51,133 nt of DNA from a bacterium (GTDB lineage Bacteria > Hinthialibacterota > Hinthialibacteria > Hinthialibacterales > Hinthialibacteraceae). A model generated the notes under the pieces. That model saw only the letters and a list, made by a program, of their open reading frames with translations. It had not been told where the DNA came from and did not search any database. Shown here piece after piece: positions 45,751-51,133 of this stretch; positions within the stretch are counted from its first letter, which is position 1; the number at the start of each line of letters is the position of its first letter. The stretch covers positions 1 to 51,133 of the forward strand of contig JBHGBC010000026.1 in NCBI GenBank assembly GCA_041946805.1, given 5' to 3'. The position numbers were made by a program, and so were the translations under genes.

Positions 45751-45810
45751 GTTGCAGGCGGGACGCCTGCGCTACAACTCCGGGATCCCCGCTTTCGCGG
45801 GGATATCATC
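45751..45810 (-). repeat. GTAG-headed REP-like palindrome plus palindrome family B copy 3
   Basis: Minus strand tgtagcgcaggcgtcccgcctgc; then atccccgctttcgcggggat. Confidence 0.7.
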
Positions 45811-45956
45811 CTGATAAGACTTCTGGGTAAAGAACAGCCCGGAGGGAGAAGAGCCGGGAGTGAGGAAAAATCCACCGATATCACAAAAAAATCCCACCCT
45901 CATCCCCATGCTTCCTCCACCCTCTCCGTAATTCCATTTACGCACCCCCCCACGCC

Positions 45957-47156
45957 TCACTCCCCCACGACATAGATCCGCGCATCGTACGGAGCGAACG
46001 AATCCTCGAACGCTCCTTCCCGGAGAGGGATTTGGCGGTTTTCGTCCAGCACCTCCACCCGGGCCCCGGCGGGCGCTTTCATGAATGTAAAAACCGCCTG
46101 GGTGGCCGTATTGCGCATGCCCACCGCGAAGATATAGGTCTTCCCCGCATGCCGCTTGACCATCGCCGCGACGGGCGCCTCGGGATCGGACGTTGTCACG
46201 GTTACGGCGTTGGGCGGCGTGGGGGTGTTGAGCACGGTCCCGAGCGAGTGGATCCGGCGGTTCAGCGCGGACACCGCGGCCAGCATTTCGGGATCGTCCA
46301 GCAAAGCGCTCTCGTTGAATTTCGGCTTGAATTCATGCACGAAGTAGATGAGGCCCCGCGAGCCGTGGATGATCGCCATCCACACTTCGGCCTGGACCTG
46401 GCGGGGCGTGGCCTTGCCGTATTCGCCGCCGATGCGGGTGCATTCGATGCAGTTCCAAACGATCTTCTGGCCGCCGCTCCATTCGATCAGCCGTTGCACG
46501 CCCTTGGCGACCAGCCACAGCGAATTTTCGTTTTCCGGCTTGGGCAGACCGGCGACGGGGTAGATGTCGAACGACAGGATGTCGCAGCCTTTCCAATAGG
46601 TGAGATAATCCTCCGGCTTGCCCCACGAGCCCCGGCCGATCCATTTGTCGTTGGCCACGCCCTGGCCCAGGTTCAAGAATATGGGCCGCGTGGGATCCTG
46701 CTGGCGCAAGGCTTCGTAATCCGCCACGACTTTTTCCGCGCGCACCGGGGGACCGTAGCCCTTCTCGCCGGTCTTGGGATCCGTGACCTCTTGGGCGTTA
46801 TCGGGTTCGTCCTGGTGCATCCAGCCCACGATGGTGCGATCATCGAGATGAGCCTGGCCGGTTTTGTTCATCGAACAAATCACCCGCATGCCCGCGGCCT
46901 GCAGGGCCTTGAGCTGCTCTTCGTTCGGTCCGCGCCACAAGCCGATGTAGAGGTTGATCCCGGCGGCCTTGTATTTCTCCGCGTTCTTGGGATCCTGCAG
47001 CCACACGGCGATGGGGAAATAGCCGGGGTCCTTGGGCGGCCCGTTCTTCCATTGCGTGTAGGGATTCACCGGCCCGGCGGCGTCCTCGGAAAACACGATC
47101 CCGGTATTGAACAGCGCCACGGCGAGCAGCAGGGAAAGAAGAAATATTTTTTTCAT
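45957..47156 (-). CDS. Secreted putative glycoside hydrolase-like TIM-barrel protein
   Basis: Sec signal MKKIFLLSLLLAVALF; WMHQDEPDN, DILSFDIYP, VWMAIIHGSRGLIYF; C-terminal beta-sandwich. Confidence 0.6.
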   Translation of the reverse strand: MKKIFLLSLLLAVALFNTGIVFSEDAAGPVNPYTQWKNGPPKDPGYFPIAVWLQDPKNAEKYKAAGINLYIGLWRGPNEEQLKALQAAGMRVICSMNKTGQAHLDDRTIVGWMHQDEPDNAQEVTDPKTGEKGYGPPVRAEKVVADYEALRQQDPTRPIFLNLGQGVANDKWIGRGSWGKPEDYLTYWKGCDILSFDIYPVAGLPKPENENSLWLVAKGVQRLIEWSGGQKIVWNCIECTRIGGEYGKATPRQVQAEVWMAIIHGSRGLIYFVHEFKPKFNESALLDDPEMLAAVSALNRRIHSLGTVLNTPTPPNAVTVTTSDPEAPVAAMVKRHAGKTYIFAVGMRNTATQAVFTFMKAPAGARVEVLDENRQIPLREGAFEDSFAPYDARIYVVGE

Positions 47157-47498
47157 AAGAATCATCCTTGGGCATAGGTTCTCATCCGGCTTGCACGGTC
47201 ATCCTATCATACTCCGCGATCCCATTCATCGGGCAAGGGTGTCAGTTTCAAGATGATACGGCCTTTCTGGAGGACTTCAAACAGAAAAACAATCCTTCCT
47301 CCTCCTGAAAGAGGTTTCCCGTGAGGGAATTTTGCTGGAGTGTTTCATGGCGTCCGCCCTCGTGACTCATTTCCCGGCTGATTCCACGCCGTGAAACCGT
47401 GCCGGATCATATTTCGAGAATGGAGAATTTATGGTACATTGGAACGCGCTTCCGGTTGGTGACGGGCCAGCATGTTGGATCATGCGGAATGGAGAGTC

Positions 47499-48455
47499 AT
47501 GAACAGAATATTGGAACATGGGAAATTTATTCTCGCCGCTCTGTGGCTGACCGCGTTTCCTGGGACGCTTTGCGCCGCGGAGCCGCCCAGGGTGTCGTTC
47601 GAACCGAAAGACGGGCAGCTGCGGATCACCATCGGCCAACGGCCCTTCGGCACGTATGTCTGGAAGGATGAACAAATCCACCGGCCGTATTTTTGTTATC
47701 TTTATTCTCCCCGCGGCGTACAGGTCACCCGCAATCATCCCCCCATCGAGGGCCAAGACAGCATGGACCATGCCGATTTTCACCCCGGCCTCTGGTTGTC
47801 ATTCGGCGATCTGAGCGGTTCGGATTTTTGGCGTAACCAGGCCCGCACCGGGTTCGCCGAGTTCGTCCAGCCGCCGCGGGGTTCGGCGGGAAGGGGGGAA
47901 TTCGCGGTCCAGAATCACTATCTCGCCAACGATCAAAAATTGGTCTGCCAGGAGATTTGTCATTACACCATCATGGTCCGCCCGGCCGGGTATTATTTGC
48001 TCATCCAGTCCCGGTTTACGTGTGACCAGGAGTTTGCCTTCGGCGATCAGGAAGAGATGGGCCTGGGGGTCCGCGTGAACACAGCCATGGCAGTTCAAAA
48101 GGGCGGACAGATTTTGAACAGCGATGGATTAATAAATGAAAAGGAAGTTTGGGGCCGAACCGCTTCCTGGTGCGATTACAGCGGCATGGTGGACGGCGTC
48201 CCGGTGGGAGTGACATTGATGCCAGCACCCGGGAATTTCCGTCCCTCCTGGTTCCACGCCCGCGATTACGGCCTCCTGGCCGCCAATCCCTTCGGCCGCA
48301 ACGCCTTCACGCAGTTGGAAAAAAGCCGGGTGAATGTCGCGCCGGGAACGGAGTTTCAACTGGCTTTCGGCGTGTTCATCCACGATACCACACCCCTGGA
48401 CCACTCCGCCCTCGACGCGGCTTACCAGGAGTTTTTAAGTTTTATCAAATATTGA
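47499..48455 (+). CDS. Secreted DUF6807/PmoA-like (PF14100-type) beta-sandwich protein
   Basis: Signal peptide; RPYF, DHADFHPGLW, FGDQEEMGLGVR, WCDYSG, WFHARDYGLLAANPFG. ATG 47499 follows GGAGAG. Confidence 0.75.
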   Translation: MNRILEHGKFILAALWLTAFPGTLCAAEPPRVSFEPKDGQLRITIGQRPFGTYVWKDEQIHRPYFCYLYSPRGVQVTRNHPPIEGQDSMDHADFHPGLWLSFGDLSGSDFWRNQARTGFAEFVQPPRGSAGRGEFAVQNHYLANDQKLVCQEICHYTIMVRPAGYYLLIQSRFTCDQEFAFGDQEEMGLGVRVNTAMAVQKGGQILNSDGLINEKEVWGRTASWCDYSGMVDGVPVGVTLMPAPGNFRPSWFHARDYGLLAANPFGRNAFTQLEKSRVNVAPGTEFQLAFGVFIHDTTPLDHSALDAAYQEFLSFIKY

Positions 48456-48536
48456 ATTTCATATGGAAATTCCATATTTCTTGTTTTGTGATGACAGGTG
48501 ATCATATCCTTTTTAGTGCCAACGGCGGATTAGAAG

Positions 48537-48666
48537 CTAGCCCAGGATTTCAATCCTGGGGTTATAAGGGCATCTCGGAACTAGCCCAGGGTTTCAACCC
48601 TGGGCGGATAGAAACCGCCCGCCACTTCATCTTCCCTCTCCCTCTGGGAGAGGGGCAGGGTGAGGG
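48537..48666 (+). repeat. Two ctagcccaggRtttcaaYcctggg palindromes plus PIT-like copy 7 (48634-48666)
   Basis: 48537-48560 and 48581-48604 are near-identical hairpins with compensating changes; ccctctccc-tct-gggagaggg-gca-gggtgaggg follows. Confidence 0.82.
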
Positions 48667-48758
48667 AAAACCCTGCAGAGGCGGAATACGTAATTTCTGT
48701 ACAATCGGTAAATAGTAACAAAAAATAACCATTACCTCTTTTCGAAAGGAGATTCCTC

Positions 48759-51014
48759 ATGCGTTCCATTCTCATTTCAGCCATTATCTTCCTGGTATGG
48801 TTGAATCCCTTCGCGGCCTTCGCGCAGCCGGCGCCCGTCACCTCTTTCCCGGCGGTGGAAGACCTGCCCGCGCGGCCGGAACTGCCCGATCCCTTCACGA
48901 TGTTCGACGGCACCCCCGTGAAGACGCCGGAGCAATGGTTCCGGTACCGCCGCCCTGAACTCAAGCAGCTGTTCCAATATTACATGTACGGCTTCGCGCC
49001 CGCGCCTCCGGGAATCCAGGCCACGGTGACCAAGACCGATCCCGCGGTGTTCGAGGGCAAGGCCACGCTGAAGGAAGTCGAAATCCGCATCAACGGCTTG
49101 CCGGACAACGCCCCGCGCATTCATCTCGCGCTGTTTGTTCCCAACAACAAAACCGGTCCGTTTCCCGTTTTTCTCGGACTGAACAAGTGCGGCAACCACA
49201 CGGTGGTCAAACACCCGGGAGTCACGATTTATCCAGATACCTGGACCCACTCCGGTTGTCCCAAAACCGAAGAAGCGCGCGGTTCCGAGACCGATTTCTG
49301 GTGCGTGGAAAATTCCATCAACCGGGGATACGCCTTCGCCACGTTTCATGAAAGCGACATCGATCCCGACCAGCACGATTTCACCGACGGCATCCACCCC
49401 TTCTACCCCGATCTACCCGGCACGCCCGAGACCCGCTGGGGAACCATCGCCGCCTGGGCTTGGGGTTTGCAGCGCGGCGTGGATTACCTCTGCCAGGATC
49501 CGGACATCGACAAGACCCGCGTCTGCCTCATCGGCCATTCGCGCCGAGGCAAGACCGCCCTGCTGGCCGCCGCCTTTGATGAACGCGTGGCCCTGGTCGA
49601 TCCCCACCAATCCGGCACCGGCGGCTGCGCCCTCAGCCGTGATAACGGCCAGGAGACCGTGAAGCGCATCAACGATGTCTTTCCGCATTGGTTCGACGAT
49701 ATGTTCACGCGGTTCAATGACAATGAAGCCAAACTGCCCATCGATCAACACCTGCTGATGGCCCTGGTGGCCCCCCGCGCGCTGATCGACACCGCCGGCC
49801 TGCAGGATAAGTGGGCCAACTACGACAGCGCCCTGCGCGCCCTCCAGGAGGCGGATAAGGTGTACAAATTCCTGGGCGCGCAAGGCATGGTTGGCGATGG
49901 TGTCATCGAAGCCGAGGAAGCCATCCGGCCCGATTCGGTGGGCGATTGGCTGCAGTACCGCCGCGACACGGATCACACGCTGAATCTTGGCTATTGGAAC
50001 CAGATCCTCAATTTCGCCGATGTCTATTTCGCGAAGCGGGCCAAGAATCCGCCCCTGCGCGTCTCCGAAGCCTATCCCGCGACCGGCCGGATTGAACGGT
50101 TCAGCGCCGCGCTCGACGCGCTCATCCCCGCCGATGCCCGCCTCGAAGTCTTGGCCGGCGGTTTCGAGTGGGCCGAAGGCCCGGTCTGGGTGAAGGACGG
50201 GAACTATCTGCTTTTTTCGGACACCTTTCGCAATGTGGTTTACAAATGGAAGGAGGGGGAGGGTCTGACCGAGTATCTCAAGCCCTCCGGCTATACCGGC
50301 TCCGCGCCCCGGGGCGGGGAGATGGGCTCCAACGGCCTGGTCCTCGATCCGCAGGGCCGGCTGGTGCTCTGCCAGCACGGCGACCGGCGCATGGCGCGCA
50401 TGGATGATGCGCTTTCCGGTCCCCGGCCGGAGTTCGTCACGCTGGCGGACCGCTGGGAAGGCAAGCGCTTCAGCAGCCCCAACGACGCGGCCTATCACAA
50501 AAACGGGGATCTCTTTTTCACGGATCCCCCGTATGGATTGGAGAAGAACATCAACGATCCGGCGCGCGAACTCGATTTCCAGGGCGTGTACCGGCTGACG
50601 CCCAAGGGGGAACTGTCCTTGGTCACCCGCGAGATGTCCCGCCCCAACGGCGTGGGCTTCTCGCCGGATTACAAAACCCTGTACGTTTCCAATTCGGATG
50701 GCCGAAGTCCCATCTGGATGGCATTCCCCATCGCCGAGGATGGAACGCCTGGCCCCGGGCGGGTTTTCTTCAGCGGGGACAAGATCAAAGGGAACCGCCG
50801 GGGCGGCGGAGACGGCCTGAAAGTGGACAGCCGGGGGAACCTGTTCGCCACCGGGCCGGGCGGCGTGCTGGTGATCTCTCCCGAAGGCGAGCACCTGGGG
50901 ACGATCATGACCGGCAAGCCCACGTCCAACTGCGCCTTTGGCGATGATGGCAAAACCTTGTACATCACCGCTGACGATCAATTACTGCGGATCCGTTTGA
51001 CTACTCAGTCATAA
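48759..51014 (+). CDS. Secreted CE15 (glucuronoyl-esterase-like) alpha/beta hydrolase fused to an SMP-30/gluconolactonase beta-propeller
   Basis: LPDPF, WGTIAAWAWG, IGHSRRGK, DQHLLMALVAPR; then WAEGPVW, GSNGL, SPND, FTDPPYG, PNGVGFSPD, DGLKVD. Confidence 0.88.
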   Translation: MRSILISAIIFLVWLNPFAAFAQPAPVTSFPAVEDLPARPELPDPFTMFDGTPVKTPEQWFRYRRPELKQLFQYYMYGFAPAPPGIQATVTKTDPAVFEGKATLKEVEIRINGLPDNAPRIHLALFVPNNKTGPFPVFLGLNKCGNHTVVKHPGVTIYPDTWTHSGCPKTEEARGSETDFWCVENSINRGYAFATFHESDIDPDQHDFTDGIHPFYPDLPGTPETRWGTIAAWAWGLQRGVDYLCQDPDIDKTRVCLIGHSRRGKTALLAAAFDERVALVDPHQSGTGGCALSRDNGQETVKRINDVFPHWFDDMFTRFNDNEAKLPIDQHLLMALVAPRALIDTAGLQDKWANYDSALRALQEADKVYKFLGAQGMVGDGVIEAEEAIRPDSVGDWLQYRRDTDHTLNLGYWNQILNFADVYFAKRAKNPPLRVSEAYPATGRIERFSAALDALIPADARLEVLAGGFEWAEGPVWVKDGNYLLFSDTFRNVVYKWKEGEGLTEYLKPSGYTGSAPRGGEMGSNGLVLDPQGRLVLCQHGDRRMARMDDALSGPRPEFVTLADRWEGKRFSSPNDAAYHKNGDLFFTDPPYGLEKNINDPARELDFQGVYRLTPKGELSLVTREMSRPNGVGFSPDYKTLYVSNSDGRSPIWMAFPIAEDGTPGPGRVFFSGDKIKGNRRGGGDGLKVDSRGNLFATGPGGVLVISPEGEHLGTIMTGKPTSNCAFGDDGKTLYITADDQLLRIRLTTQS

Positions 51015-51080
51015 GCCTGGTCAGCTAGCGGGTCGGTTGAGTGTGACTGTTTACTGAATTGCGGAGAAAACGAAAATTCC

Positions 51081-51128
51081 GCCCTTTCCGGGCTTCCCTC
51101 ACCCTAACCCTCTCCCAGAGGGAGAGGG
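51081..51128 (-). repeat. PIT/BoxC-like repeat copy 8 with gccctttccgggct leader
   Basis: ccctcaccc-taa-ccctctccc-aga-gggagaggg. Confidence 0.85.
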
Positions 51129-51133
51129 AATCG

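Noticed and set aside
47499..48455. Methane monooxygenase subunit (PmoA name)
   Set aside because: This is a soluble secreted protein with no pmoCAB context; the family name is misleading.

Overview
This is a GC-rich bacterial chromosomal window with about 32 CDS. I found no rRNA, tRNA, CRISPR array or transposase gene. The housekeeping core is tig-clpP-clpX-carD-like, rnhA, folD, yicC and mtnP, plus a DUF62 SAM hydroxide adenosyltransferase, a GT4, two orphan histidine kinases and an O-antigen-ligase/TPR protein. The main accessory loci are: (i) a GrpE-like + atypical Hsp70 (~100-aa insert between NBD and SBD) + TPR-TM-BON-LysM cluster that looks like a dedicated trans-envelope chaperone module; (ii) a 2026-aa secreted dockerin-bearing teneurin-like NHL/YD/RHS protein whose post-DPSGL cargo resembles a permuted papain-like (PPPDE/DeSI/LRAT-type) peptidase, with no evident immunity gene; (iii) a stand-alone formyltransferase-halfC-A(Gly)[luciferase-like monooxygenase insert]-PCP NRPS with no TE; (iv) a lipoprotein-TlpA gene split by a -1 frameshift at a T8 run; and (v) a CE15 esterase-gluconolactonase fusion. 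Intergenic regions are densely filled with mosaic repeats, including 8 full copies of a triplex/G4-capable CCCTCTCCC-N3-GGGAGAGGG-N3-GGGTGAGGG element and several REP-like palindrome families. The dockerin-like N-terminus, Tat-exported sugar enzymes and the pilin-like paralog type suggest an OLB16/Hinthialibacter-like or related lineage, but this is a low-confidence inference. All calls come from reading motifs by eye; no searches were run.
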